Assembly: GCF_001194135.2 (NCBI RefSeq)
Contig: NC_068982.1
Coordinates: 65,340,558-65,404,519, forward strand
Source: Octopus bimaculoides
Lineage: Eukaryota
Direction of reading: 5' to 3'
Length of the DNA stretch: 63,962 nucleotides
Shown here: in pieces, positions 11,434-26,815 of the stretch
Position numbering within the stretch: the first letter of the stretch is position 1
How the letters are laid out: each line of letters opens with the position of its first letter
The notes under the pieces: model-generated
What the model was told of the DNA's origin: nothing
Seen by the model: only the letters and a program-made list of their open reading frames with translations
The model's database searches: none
Program-made: the position numbers and the translations under genes

Positions 11434-14400
11434 GTAAGCTAAATTTAACTGCTACTTCTTGGTTCCTTTCTATTCTTTCATCTTCTTTTCTTTGACTTGT
11501 TTCAGTCACTGGTCTGTGGCCATGCTGGGGCACCACCTTGAAGGGTTTCAGTTGAACTGATTGACCAGGACTTATTTTTATGTCTCTTTTTCTATCAGTC
11601 TCTTTTGCTGAAACAGTAAGTTATAGGGATGTAAACAAACCAACACTAGTCAAACAGTGCAGCACTCCACACACACAATGGGCTTCCACACAACTTTTGC
11701 CTACCAAATTCACTCATAAGGCATGTACTATGTACTCTTTTACTCTTTTATTTGTTTCAGTCTTTTGACTGCAGCCATGCTGGAGCACCGCCTTTAGTCG
11801 AGCAAATCAACCCCAGAACTTATTCTTTGTAAGCCTAGTTATTCTTTGTAAGCCTAAGTTACAGAGACATAAACACACTAGCAGCGTTTTTCAAGTGATA
11901 TTGGGGGGGACAAACAGACACACACATACATATACGTATATATACATATACGACAGGCTTAATTCTGACATTCTCAAAATGTTTTCTTGGCAAAGATATT
12001 GGAGTAGTTTGCCATTGCCTTCCCCAACTGGATGCCTGTTGGCCCACCACAAGCTCATCTGGCCTTCAATAGGCCTTGTTATAAGTCCTGCTGGGTGTCC
12101 AGATACTCTCCTCACAAGAGTAACAAGCTACTCAAATAGGGGTGTCAGTTTTAGTTGCCAACTACTTGACTATGATACAGGTAGTACTAGTTTACAGGGT
12201 ACAAATAACAGGTCTCTTCAGTGTGTGATAAGATTTCTGACCTGACTAATAGGTGTTATATATTGAATCAAAAAGCTTCAATCAGTTGAAATTATCTAAG
12301 CATTTAGTAAACAAAAACGTCCTCTAGGAGTACATAAAAAATGACAATATCTGTCATTTCAGTTTGGATTATCAAAATGTATTTAACCAGATTAATGTTG
12401 TTCTCACCTCTCCTCTCTTTCTCCAGGAAAACTTACAGCAGTACCGTTTACAAGTTAGTAAGTTGGAAAGAGAAAATATGATGTTACTAAATGATTACAA
12501 AAAATTACAATCTCAGGTGAGTATAAGTTTAACAACTTTATATTATTTCATGGATTACACCTGTATGAACTTCATATTTACTGTTGATAAATTAATTAAT
12601 TGTACCTCCAATGTAGCAGTGGAGTGCCTATTGGGCAGATGTGTTCTATGTTTAGTTTTGAATTTGATTAATTGCTGATCCATCTACAAAATACAAAAAT
12701 GAATCCTCCTCCTCTTCTTCTTATCATCATCATCATTATTGTTGTTGTTGTTCTTGAGGTTGTGAGTTGGCAGTAGTGTTAGAGCATCGAACAAAATACT
12801 TAGTGGCATTTTACTGTCATTAAGGACTTCAAAAAGTTAAAGACTTGGTCCAAATGCTTGCAGCAGAGTGGAATCCAATAAAAGCAGTCAAGGACCAGCT
12901 GTTGGTGTTACTTCCTAAATATTTAACTGTTAATATCATGCTGAAAATTTTCAAAGTCAAAAAGCCCAGTTCTGTAATGATTCTGTTACAGAATAAAAAT
13001 AAATTATAGAGATAGGGATTAGAATTTTGTTTCCTATATTAGAGAGTTCCTTACTTCCATCAAGATGGACTGGTTGACCAATGCAGTCCCATACAGTAGT
13101 GTGTCATACAGGACATTAAGAGTTAACTATGAACTAACTAGATTCTTATTAATAATATTAATTTTTATTGCTAAGTGGTGGGTTGAAGCATTGAAAATCA
13201 AAGGACACAACACATTGACGATGATAGTAATTGAATTGCTGGTCCTTGGCTTACTGTTGCTGTCCACAAACATACTATAAATGTCCTCACACATGATCCA
13301 AATTATATTATAAAAGTTGGGGTTTCGGTGGGGGGGGGGTTGTCTGTGCTGTTTATTTCTCCCAAAATTTTCAAGCATTTTCTTTCTTCACTTCTCGTTT
13401 TCTTTTTTCTTTCTCTTTCCACTTTTTCGTTTCCTTCTTTGCCAGGCAACTAGTGCAATATTAAAAAATGATTATGACACACAAAAATAAAACACTATTT
13501 AGCATGAAATCAACAATATTTTATCTCTTTTGGCAAATGCAAGTAATTTTTAAAATATCATCTTTTCTATTCGTATAACTGGGAACAATTTTCTTATACT
13601 CAAGTTTCACTAACTGTTCATCTGAGAAAATTTCATGCAAATTTGATGCCAAGTTTTTCAAAGCAGCACAGATAATTTTTTCACATCTTTTAGGACTGTT
13701 TTATCCATGTTAGTATTCATATCGTACTTATATCTTCTTGAATGATCTTCTGGGAATTTTGGTAGGATTAAGTAGGGTAAGGGTAGTCGAAAACTACTTC
13801 TAAACTGGCAACTTCATCTGATGTGGAGTGATGTTGTACTTTTTAAACATGGGTATGGAAGAAAAAATTTCGAACACCTTTTTATCAGAATTAACCTGTT
13901 GATAAATATATCTCTCAAATAATACTTACAGGATTAAAAAATTAAGTAAATACAGGATAATTTTCTTCTTTTCAGTTACTGAGTTTAGAAAGATTTTAAA
14001 AGTTTGAAAATACTTTCAAAAAGGTTTCTCTTCTCTCTCACTAAATGATATTTCAGAATGCTCTCCACCTCTCTCTCTCTCTCTCTCTCTTTATCCCCCT
14101 CTCTCTCATCTTGTGTTTCTATAAGTAATATTCCAGAATATTATGATTTAAAAACCAAAATACAAATCATTTTTATTCCAGAATTTTGAAAATAAATATT
14201 TTTCTCTTCATCCTCCTTATCATGTTTAAGACTTTATTTCTAAGTGCTCTACATCCTCCCTTACTCATAACTACATGCTTATGCACACACATGCAGATTT
14301 TAAATCAAACGGAAGATTTTTCTCTTTTAGGATTTCATTAGCTTGCTGTAGGTGAAATGAATAAAAGATTGAAGCAACTCAGAATATATTTCTGATCTTA

Positions 14401-17400
14401 ATTTGTCAAGTCTAGGTGGATAAAGTCAAAACAGCTATTGACGCTTGAAATCAAGGAGAAGTTATACTAAAATGTACCCAATTTTGTATTTCAGTGTTAC
14501 TCTTCTGAGCATCATGAAAACCCACAGCAGTTACTGGAGCAGATTAAAGTGTTAGAATCAAATAATTCTTATTTGCGGATGGAGAATGAACAACAACGGA
14601 AGGAGTACGAGAAATATGTAGATGAAATTGCTAACCAGGTGGTGCAGGCAGTGCTTGTACAGAAAGTAAGATATAACTATTATTTCAAAGTTTTCACTCT
14701 ATGCATCATTTGTTAGATATGCTGTGATAAGCTTGGCTGTGTAGTTATAAAATCTATTTCATACTCATCTGTTTTGTGGTTCAGTTCCACTGCATGTAAC
14801 TTTGGATTTGGATAGGTGTCTCTCTTCCATAGCTTCAGGTTGAACAACACATCTTGAGTGGAGTTCAGTAAATAGAAACTACAGAAGCTTGTCATATATG
14901 TATATACATTTTTATGTAAATATGAGGCACAAGTATAGTTGTTAAGAAGTTTGTTTTGCACAATGTGGTCTTGGGTTTAGTCTCACTGTGTGGCACCTTG
15001 AGCAAATGTCTTCTGCTATAGCCCCAAGCCAATGAAAGCCTCGTAAATGAATTTAGTAATCAGAAACTGAAAGAGGCCCATTGAATATGGCAGTATAAAT
15101 AAACAAATAAAGGACTATTCAGTGTATCTGATGATATGTAACTTCCATAGTTCAACTGACCAATGATGTTTTTTAGTCAGTTATAGCCTTATTCATTTAA
15201 TTTAACAATGACAAGTCGTGGCTTTTATGAGACTTGCTAACCTTTGAAAACATTTTCAGTTTATTACATGAGACTGATGGGAGTGTAGAGCCTCAACCAT
15301 TGCACGTTACCTATTTGTTTGGTTCAATGTCTAAATGACAATATCCTCTGTTATTTCTTTCCAATTAGTGTCTGAAATGTTACAGAAGATTTTAATAACA
15401 TCTACAGTTGTCTAATGTAAGCATTTCTTAATATATATATATCATCATCATCGTTTAATGTCCATTTTCCATGCTAGCATGGGTTGGAAGGTTTGACTGA
15501 GGTCTGGAGAGCCAGCAGCTGCACCCAGGCTCCAATTTGATCTGGCAAAGTTCTTATCTGATCTGCTCTTTGTAACACCAACCACTCCGAGAGAGTAGTG
15601 GGTGCTTTTTACATACATACATGCATACATACATACATACATATGCCTGTGACAATTCATGTTTTATCATAGTAAGATGTTTTTGATGTTTACAACTGTC
15701 ATGTGGGCATTAGAATTTATATACTGCACTTAATTTTGGCCTAGTAAGACTAATATTGGTTTCAGTTGTACTATTGTTATTTATTACCCCATTGATTTGG
15801 TTGTTAGCAGTGATTTTGTTTAGCATGTTATTTGGGTTGATGCTGGTGTTGGTATATTTGTTCTTACTACGAATGAGTTACCAGAGATTTTGAGATTTCA
15901 TATTTTGAAGTTGTCATTAAAGTTGGGGGATTTAATTTAATTATCCTCTGTTAAACTCTTTGTTAATTTTGTAATTAGAATAAATTTGATCTGTGGTCCC
16001 ACATTTCTGCTGTCTATATAAAGAGACTTAAAAATCAAACATCCACTCAACATCATGGTGTTTGGGGTGATCACTAGTGATGGTGACGTTATACCTCCAT
16101 TCATCTTCCCACATGTCCTCAGACTCAACACAGAGACCTACATCAAGTGCCTGGAGGAGATAGTGCTGCACTGGGTGCAGAGTGTGGCTGCTGGAAGACC
16201 CTATGTCTGGCGAAAGGACTCTGCACCATGCCACACTAGCAGGAGGACCCAGTCAGAAACTTAAAATGATGCTATCTTTGAGGGTAGAACTGAAATCAAT
16301 GACAATACTAAGTGGATATATAAGGGGTATGTATTGGTGAAAGGTGAGATGACAGATTATTAGAAGTTTTCAGAAATGATTTTCAAAAAGTTACCCACGA
16401 GAATTAGATATTGGAATGGTGACTGTCTGCAATCCCTAATGAGAGCTGGTGTTGTATATGTGCACTTGTAAATTTGTATCTGTGAATGTATGCATCCATG
16501 CATACTTACACATGGAATTGATATTTCTAACTTGTTTACTGATCTGCTCTTTGCAGGGCTTGAAAGAAGAATGTTGCCAACTGCAGGAACGTGTTCATGA
16601 CTTAGAAGTTCAAAACAAACAACTTAATTTGTTGTTTCAACATCACTTTCGGTTTCCGAATGAATCAACAACTAAGGTAAAATTTCACATCATATGCTTC
16701 TTTTTTCTTTTTTCTTTTTTTTTGTGCAGGGGTGGTTATATAATTGTTTGGTTGATAACCTTGCTTCCCAACCATGTGGCTTTGGTCTCACTGTTTGGCA
16801 CCTTGGGCAAGTTTCTTCTGAAATTGTTCCAGCCTAACCAAAGACTTGTGAGTAAATTTGGTGGTTGGAAACTAAAAGAAGCCCTTCACCTATATATATA
16901 TCATCATCATCGTTTAATGTCTGCTTTCCATGCTGACATGGGTTGGAATGTGTGTGTCTGCATGTGGACCCATGTCTCGATATCACATAACAGTTCCAAA
17001 TGAGCATCATCATCATACAAGCAAAATTGTCCATTTCCTGGTTTCTATGTAAAAGATATTTATCTACAGTGAAATATCATTACCTTGCTTGGAAACAGGT
17101 GAGGGTTGGCAATAGGAAGAGCATCTGGCTGTAGAAAATCTGCCTCAACAAATTTCATCTAACTGATGCAAGCATAGAAAAATGCCTGTTAAATGAGGAT
17201 AATTGTTTGATATTGTGGTTCATATTTTATGCTGTTCTTCTTCCTATCATTTCATTTCACATTCATTTCAATTTTGTTTAGTCAAAGCTAAGCTCATTTT
17301 TCTGCATTTTCACTGAACCTTATAAGGTCAACAGAAGTGAATCATTCCCTAAAAGGACAATCATTTATGGCAGTAAACATTATAGTGAAGACCTGCCTGT

Positions 17401-20400
17401 TGCCCTCACCTCCCACCCCAAGAAAGTAGCAGTTGTTGTATGCAGTATGTATTGTTATATAGACAATTGTATTCTATATAAGAAAGAACACCTATAAATT
17501 ACATACTATATTATGTCTATCTCTCAATAGTTATGACTAGATATTGTAAACTTTATTTTCTCTGTTGTCAGCAGTGAGACATATGGTCAAACTGGGAGAA
17601 CACTGGTCAGCTGGCTGAAAAGTCAATAGTTTTTAAAATTTTGTTAATAATGTTGTATTAATCTGTAACAAAGCAGATACCAAGGAAGTCACAAGTTTCT
17701 GCATAAAGTAATTTTTTATAAATGGCAAGTGTTTTGCTTTGTAACGATACCTGGAAGTGTAACTAATAGTGGGAAGCTTTACACATTCCACCTTGTTTAG
17801 CTCCATCACCTGGTAGTTTCCCCAGTCGAGGAGGGCCTGCAAAGATCATAGGTACTGCTCCTCTTTTCGTGGCCAACTTCAAGTTACACCCTATGTCTTA
17901 GAAAGGTAGGACACTTGGGACATTCTACTTTTAGGTATACAAAAAGACTAGATAGTCACACCAGGAATCCCTTTCATCATGGGTCAGTTCAGTTAGTGGT
18001 GAACCAGGACTAAACGCTACCAACAGCACTTATCATAGCTTGAAACCAATTCCTCCATATCCAGTGGCTTCACACAAACACCACATTCACATAAATGAAC
18101 AAACACTAATGTACACATCCATTAAGAATTAGAAAAGCCATACTTAGAATATATTACTTATTAACCATATATTTTCATGTTATTTAACACTGTACATCTG
18201 TGACAGATATTATCTTGGGACAAACACTGCAGTTAATTAACCCTTTCTTGGTATATCTGCATTGAATATGAAACACAGATTGCTATTTTAAACTAATCTG
18301 TTTAAATTTCTGTAATTTATTTTCCAGTTGCCGTGTCTTGAAACTTATGTCACTGATGGAAATGAAGTAAACATTGAAGGTGGAAAATTATCATTGTTAG
18401 ATTTTGCTTCTTCAGCTGGATTGATGTTTGACAAAGGAGCAGAATCTCTCCAGAGTCTTTGTAGCCAATATGTAAGTATACATTCTAAAGAATCTATGAC
18501 TACTCTGTAAAATGTTTGCACACACACACATGCACACAAATTCAGTGAAATTAATTTTGGCAAAAAATGGAAAAAAAAGATAGTTAATGAAAAAGGGTTA
18601 TAAATTGAGAGAGGTTTGTGTACTTTGAAGAGAGGTGTGTCCTGGCATTTCAAAGACGTACTTGGAATTTCAAAGAAAGGCCTGACCTGAAATATCAGAA
18701 TTTATCTCTTCTTAAAACACATGAACTTATTTCATGAATTTTAATAATTCTGATTCTAGCTTCTTAAGATGGATGACACCTCTCACTTGCAAATATCTTC
18801 TTCAAATTTAATCCTTCACAATGTAGCAACAGTTAATGGAAAGCATGGAGAAAAATTAACAAACATTATTACCGAGGATACTTAGCAGGCATATTCAAAG
18901 ACTCAGTCTTCGGTGACACCATTCTGTTAATAAATATCAGTGAAACAATTATATAACCAAATGTTGGCATCTTGTTACTAGTACTATACAGCATCTGTGG
19001 CAAGTTTACTTGACTCTCAATGTACCAGTGTATATTGGTGTAAATAGGTACTATAAGGTGGTTCGTCATAGTAAACAGGAAGATAGGAGTATTGTTTAAA
19101 CAAAGATAATAGGTGTTTCATTAAATTATTTGTACTGAATTTAAACTTTTCCATGTACAAAAGATGCAACAGAAAAGAAGGAAAGAAAGAGAGAAGGAAA
19201 AAGAAAGCAAGTTTCAGTTACAATAACAAAATGTTTAACTCCATTATATAATGCAGATTGGATGAATGTAAAAGAGTCTAAAATTGAAAAGATTATTAAA
19301 AAACTAGTAATGTTAGACCCAACAGATATTGCTGGCAAATTTTGTGTGCTTCAATGAACAGCTAGCTGCTGGTGTGTGTGTGTATGTATGTGCACATGTG
19401 TACTCAAATAAATCAATTGATTTCTTCTAACAAACCAATTACATTATACAATTTTATTACAAAAATTAGCTTTGGTTTACAAAATGTTTGGTTGAGTACA
19501 ATCAAAGTTAAGACGCCAGTGAGTTGGTAAGGGTGGTTTGGTATGATATGGAATATTTAATTTTACAATTGGTTTGAAGGACATCAGAATAAAAACCAGA
19601 CAAACTAAAATTATCTACATTCTTAAGAGATCTAATCCTGTTAAAGTCTTGGGAATTAACATTTCCCGTAATTTCTTCCATGTTTATTATTATCAACATA
19701 ATTATTGTTAGCAGTCAACATTGTGCTGTACCCTTAGACAAGGTCTTTTAAGTCTTCTTTCCTAAAGCTTCATGGCAAATCAGGAAATCCTGATTATAAC
19801 TTGCCACCATTTTGTCCCTTGTATAGTAGTATCACAGGAGGCGCAATGGCCCAGTGGTTAGGGCAGCGGACTCGCGGTCATAGGATTGCGGTTTTGATTC
19901 CAAGACCGGGCGTTGTGAGTGTTTATTGAGCGAAAACACTAAAAGCTCCACGAGGCTCCGGCAGGGGATGGTGGCAAACCCTGCTGTACTCATTCACCAC
20001 AACTTTCTCTCACTCTTACTTCCTGTTTCTATTGTGCCTGTAATTCAAAGGGTCAGCTTTGTCACACTGTGTTATGCTGAATATCCCCGAGAACTACATT
20101 AAGGGTACACGTGTCTGTGGAGTGCTCTGCCACTTGCACGTTAATTTCACGAGCAGGCTATTCTGTTGATCGGATCAACTGGAACCCTCGACATCGTAAG
20201 CGACGGAGTGCCTTCCTCCTTCCAGTAGTATCACATGCATTATTTGGACCTTACCTTCCCCTTACTCTAGCAACATATCTTGCCTGTGACAACAAACAGT
20301 TACCTCTGAAATTGCTACCTCTATACTTTATAACCCATCTGCTCACCTAAATCCTTTTGATGCAACCATTTCTCTGCCCCACAATCTTTAACACTTATGC

Positions 20401-23400
20401 TAATCCCATACTGAGCTCCTATGTCTAATTCTTTTTCGCCAAACTTGAAGGTTAGGAGGTTTTACATGAGTAAATTTATATTAGAAATAAAAAGAAATAC
20501 TTTGAGAACTTTATCTTGAATACAAGAAAATATTTATATTTTTATCAAAATATGCTACTGGTTTCAATTGTTTTAAGTCAATTTAGTCATACTGTAAAGG
20601 GAAGGAAAATAAATTGAAATAAATTAATCTTTCATGATACTCATTTTGGAAGTTCACGTCTTTTCTTCTTACCAAATCCACATGATGCTGTTCATTGATC
20701 TCCTGATGATTGTTACTTTCAAAATTCTGTTATTTTTTATGGCATGGGTATATTAGTTAGATAATGAAGAGAAACTCAATGTAATGAGACTTACAAAACT
20801 TAGATATATAGCTCATTGCTCTGATTTGTCTCATCACCAGTTCTTTGTTAAATATACTGTCACTGTTAGTTCATTGGTTTAATGATACAAAAACTTGTTG
20901 CCATCTCATTGTTAATATATCCTTATAGTAAAGTATCCTCATTACTAGTATTCTTTTTATACTTTACTTGTTTGTCATTGGACTGTGGCCATGCTGGGGA
21001 ACCACCTTGAAGTTTCTTTTTATCTGAACAAATTAATTTCAGTACTTTTTTTTTTCAATCTGGTACTTATTTTATTGGTCTCTTTTTTGCCTAACTGCTA
21101 AGTTACAGGGATGCAAACAAACCAACACTAGTTATCAAGCTATGGTGTGGAACAAGCACAAAGTTACATGCACACACACATATGCAATAGCTTCTTTTAG
21201 TTTCTGTCTACCAAATCCACTTTCAATGTTTTGGTTGATTCAGTCCTATAGCAGAAGACACTTGCCCAAAGTGCCATGCAGTGGAACTGAACCCAAGACC
21301 ATACAGTCAGCAAGCAAACTTCTTACCACACTGTCACGTCTGTGCATTATTTTTATTTTCATTGGTAGGAAATTCTTATTACTAGCTCATCACTAGAAAA
21401 ATCCTTCCCCAAACTTTTGTTTGCTTTAGATAAACAGTATTTAAATTTGCTGTTGTTCTTGGGTGACTATTGTTATTTCTTTGTCAATAGACCTATGAAA
21501 TAAAGGAACTAACTGAATTCATTGGCATGATTCACCGAACAATGTGTGTACTAGGTATTCCATGTTCTTGTCTGGTGTCAGACTTCTGTGTATTCTCTGT
21601 TATACAATGAATATAGGTTTGACTATTACAATCAGGACACATTGAAGTGTTTCTGGTACATTACGGAAGCCACAGTATTTTGCACTGTTGGTGCTACAAG
21701 AAGGATTTGTTGCACTGTTACAGTGAGGTATTAGTGCACTGCTTGCTGTATTGTTAGTCACAACAATGCACTGTCTGTGCTGCATTTTTACAATCAGAGG
21801 ATGTTACATAATATAAAAAGCAAAAAACAGAGACAGGTGAGGGAACAAACAGGTGTATTAGTTTAATGCTTGGGAAGAATGGAAAAGTCTTTGGATGTTT
21901 TGAGCCTATGTTCTTCAACAGAAAGAGATGATAGGAAAAAGATGGAGAGAGAAAAAATGTGTAGGGAGTTGTTGGCACTCCATCGCTTACGACGTCGAGG
22001 GTTCCAGTTGATCCGATCAACGGAACAACCTGCTCGTGAAATTAACGTGCAAGTGGCTGAGCACTCCACAGACACGTGTACCCTTAACATAGTTGTCGGA
22101 GATATTCAGCATGACACAGTGTGACAAGGCTGACCCTTTGAATTACTGGCACAACAGAAACAGGAAGTAAGAGTGAGAGAAAGTTGTGGTGAAAGAGTAC
22201 AGCAGGGTTCGCCACCATCCCCTGCCAGAGCCTCGTGGAGCTTTAGGTGTTTTCGCTCAATAAACACTCACAATGCCCAGTCTGGGAAATGAAACCGCGA
22301 TCCCATGACCGCGAGTCCACTGCCCTAACTACTGGGCCATTGCACCTCCAACAACACTTTCATAATCAGGAATTGTCACACACAGTGTGCTGCCCATTGT
22401 GCATTATTGAAGAGAAGACGTTACAGTGTTTGTTAACTATGGTGGGGGGGGGACATTTTTTTGAGATCTGATAACCTTGTGATTAATGTTAATGTTTACC
22501 TTTGAGTTGTTGTTATGCTTTAGCTGTAACTCAGTCCATATCAAGCAGGCCTTTTATTAAAAGCATTCCAGTCATGACTTTTCCCTCTTAATACTGGTAA
22601 CCCAACACAATATTTTGTACCAACATGTATTTTCTAAGAGAGTAGGGTGTGATTTGAGAGTGATTCAGTTGCTACTTCTAGCAGGTCAAGCAGTCATTTA
22701 GTGGCTCCTTTGTTGCTTCATGCACATTTATTTAATACAATGTTGTATGTCACTTATGCTTGGAATGGTTTGATAGAATTGTTAGAGTATCAGATAAAAC
22801 TCTTTATATTTCCATAACTAGATACCTGTGCTATTTTCCCTATAATAAAACACCAGTGCTTGTCCCTCTGTCATACTTTAACTTCTCAACACCTGACATA
22901 GAATTACCTCTCACCTCTCAAATATTCCTTCCCCTTAGTCAAGAGAGCTTTTCTTTTTCTTGTCTTGCAAGCTACTTTGCAAACTCATTAGAAAAGCACC
23001 CAGTACACACTGTAAAGTGGTTGGCATTAGGGAGAGGGCATCCATCCATAGAAACTATGGAAAAGCTGACACTGGAGCTCAATGCAACCCTGCTGTTCAC
23101 TAGATACCATTACACTGTCCAGCCCATGTCAACAGGGAAGACAGAATTTAAAATAATAATAACAATAATAATATTAATATTAATAATAATAATAAATGCT
23201 CTGATGCAGTGCCAGGCACTGGCTCTTGTAGCTTCTGATCTTAACTGAATGGAAGTGTTATGTACATGCTTTGTCTTGGTATAAAAGATGGGCCACAGCA
23301 AATATTCTGCTTGATACCATGGATTTGCTTGTCAGTTGTTTGACCTTAACCAGTTGAGTATATTCCCTTGGTGGCTGACAATATGTGCATCTCTGATCAT

Positions 23401-26094
23401 GAGCAGAAGTAGTGGGGGAGCATCGTAGCCATGTGGTGAAAGGAATTCTTTGAGGTTTGAATAATTCACCTTTGAAAACAGATGTTTTGTTCAACATCCT
23501 TAAACAACCCTTATTCAAGGACCTTTTGAGCAGGATTGGCTACATGACCTGAAGAAAATTTTAACTAGGCCCCCACCTGCAAGATCATGTGCTGTTTATC
23601 TTGATATGAGATCACTATGTTGCACACATATGGTTGTGATGCATGTGCCTGGTGTACCCTTATCAGACAGGTAGTCATGATGGGTGTATTGGGTTTCGTA
23701 TATTTTACCCGTGTCACTTTGATGGCATGCACTGCTCTCTCACTCAATAATAATAATAATAATAATAATGGTGCCAATTATTGTTAGTTCATTGGGGACA
23801 GTATCAGAATGCATCTAGCAAGATATAAGAAATTGGAATAGAGTGCCCAGTAAAACTGTTACAAAGGATTTGCCTCCTTGACACAGCCAGAATAATCAGG
23901 AAAGTATTAGATAGTTGAAAAGAACAGATAGCATGGTACCATAGACTGCATGCAGCAAACCTGCTTCACATACAAGACTCCAGGAGTTCCAACAAAACCT
24001 GAGTTAAAAAGAATAATAATAATAATTTTTTCTACTCTAGGCGCAAGCCCCAAAATTTTTGGGGAGGGAGGGCCAGTCAATTAGATTGACCCCAGTATGC
24101 AATTGGTACTTAATTTATTGACCCCCAAAAGGATGAAAGACAAAATCGACCTCAACAGAATTTGAACTCAGAATGTAAAGATAGACGAAATACTGCTAAG
24201 CATTTCGCCCAGCATGCTAATGATTCTGCCAGCTCGCTGCCTTAATAATAATGATAATAATAATAATAATCCTTTCTACTATAGGCACAAGGCCTGAAAT
24301 TTGGGGGAAGGGGGCTAAGTTGATTGCATCAACCCCAGTGATCAACTGGTACTTATTTAATTGACCCCAAAAGGATGAAAGGTGAAGTTGACCTCATGGA
24401 ATTTGATCACAGAACGTAAAGACAGACAAAATGCCACTAAGCATTTTGCCTGATATGCTAACGATTCTGTCAATCTTTTTATGTCCTAATTTTTAATCTT
24501 TGTTCAACTTTGCTTTTTATCCTTCTTTCCTGACATAATAAAAACAATGTACCAGTGAATTATTGGGATTGATATTATTGACTAAGCCCATTTTCCAAGT
24601 TTGAGGACTCGTGTCTATCTTACAAAGTAATATTATTGTTATTGGCCTTCATGCAAGTGCTAGATTAAGCCTCAAGGTCACAGCATGTTCCAATAATATA
24701 TTTATTTGATTTGTTCCTTTCATAAGAGTTTAATCCTGTTTAATGGTACCATAAAGCAATGGGAACAATGTCTTATTGTTGCTGTTGTAGTTGTTACCTC
24801 AATACTGTATAGTAACTAACTGTTGAATGCTGCTATCCCAGTGGAGAAGGAATCATTGCCATGCCAACTGTGTAGCATATGACCAAAGCTAAGTTTAATT
24901 TCTTCTAAGGAAATGAAATATTCTAAGCAGTGGGTCTCTTTCTTACTTTTCTCTATTTACCTCTTTTCCTTCTCTCTCTCTCTCTCCTCTTTTCCTTCTC
25001 TCTCTCTCCTCTTTCCCTTCTCTTTCTCTCTCTCTTAAATTGGAAGTGTTTAATTTCAGCCAACAAATAAGAAGTCCAGTTTCTTTCCCTAAAGGAATTT
25101 TAAATAATTACTTCTCAAATAAGACGAAGAAGAAAAATAATTTTAAAAGCTATTCAAAAAAAGAAATGAAATTTACTCTTATTTTTGGAGGAGCTATTTA
25201 CTGTGGTGAAAACCAGAGGCTGGAGTTCAAAACTGGTTACAGCTCTCATTAAAGCCATCAATAACAAATTTGAATTTAATTGCTTTAATTATAATTTAAT
25301 GGCATAAAAAAAAAGAAAATGTTTTCCCCACTTCTCAAAAGCATAATAATTTTGAGGTAAAATCTTTTGTGATATAATAGAATGTAAAAGTTTTTTTTTA
25401 TTTTTAATGTGTGAAAAGCCAAAAAAAATTAATGCTTATTTTGTATTTCTTTAATAACAAACCACATAAAAAAAAAACACATACAATATTTGTCTATATC
25501 TGTCGCTTTGGTTTGTCTATTTTACTGGAATACCTTGAACACTTATATATGATGAAATTCAGTCATGCTGACAAAGTAGCAGGTTTCAAGACTGTTGCTT
25601 CTTATAGTGGAAGCAACCAAGTATATACTTGCTGTCATGGTTTAGGAAGGGTATGGATAGAAAAATTTAAGACAGAAATAATAGAAACCACTTAGATTTT
25701 TAAGTTGTTCATATTGTGACCTAAATTTTATCCAACCTATATATAGTGCCTTCTTAAAGAAGAAGGAGAAGAAACCATAAAACTAGGCAGGTGTTGCGAA
25801 TATGAGGAAGGAAAAAATTCTGGAAGGCTAACAAAATTTTCCCTCATGAGAAGTATTGTTTTATATGAAGCTTTTCTGAACATATTTGCATTCTATAAAC
25901 AAAAACAAAATATTTTAATTTATCAGCCTTATAATCCATTAGAAATAAAATTGTGTATGTGCATGTATTTGTGTGTTATCTGCAAGAAACTAGATGTGTA
26001 TATGTACATGAGTGTTCTTGAATGCATGTTCATATATTTAAACATATAAATCCACATACATGCACATGTATATATAAATCCATATACACACACT

Positions 26095-26154
<60 letters not shown>

Positions 26155-26725
26155 AATGTATTTTTGCATAGCCTTTTTTCCCTACCCAGTATTCTACTGC
26201 AACAGTACCCAATAAAAAAACTAAAACCAATCATACATGATGCCTCTATGGAATTCTATGTTGCTACATCTGATTAAAGAAACATTATTGCCATATTCCA
26301 TCAGGAAATTTATTCAGATCAAAACATTCATCTTTGCAAAAATATTTTAAACAGAAATCTTGTCCATGTTTGTCACTAAAGCAATCAATAAAATACCTCA
26401 TTATTATTGTTTTAGTATAATTTTATCTCATCCTTAATTACAGTGTGTTCATGTGATTAGATTTATATTCTATGATCTTTACATGTTTTTCTTGCTACAA
26501 TCTTCTTCTATATTTCCCTAATTTAATATTTATAATCTGTAACTATTCCGGTTAATTAGTAATGTTTTTACACCCTTTCATGGATTCCAGTTTTGGTTTT
26601 ATTATATGCTAGCATAAAGTCTACTATGTACATTCAATCATCATTCTGTACATGTGTGTTTGTGTGTGTGTATCATCATCATTGTTTAACGTCCGCCTTC
26701 CATGCTGGCATGGGTGAGACATTTC

Positions 26726-26815
<90 letters not shown>

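Noticed and set aside
11815-11860. Short tandem duplication of ttattctttgtaagccta
   Set aside because: An ordinary slippage duplication inside a SINE remnant.
19145-19350. About 70-codon open frame ([21 protein letters not shown]...) in intron 5, possible extra exon
   Set aside because: No phase-compatible acceptor and no donor before the stop; exons 5 and 6 already join in frame.
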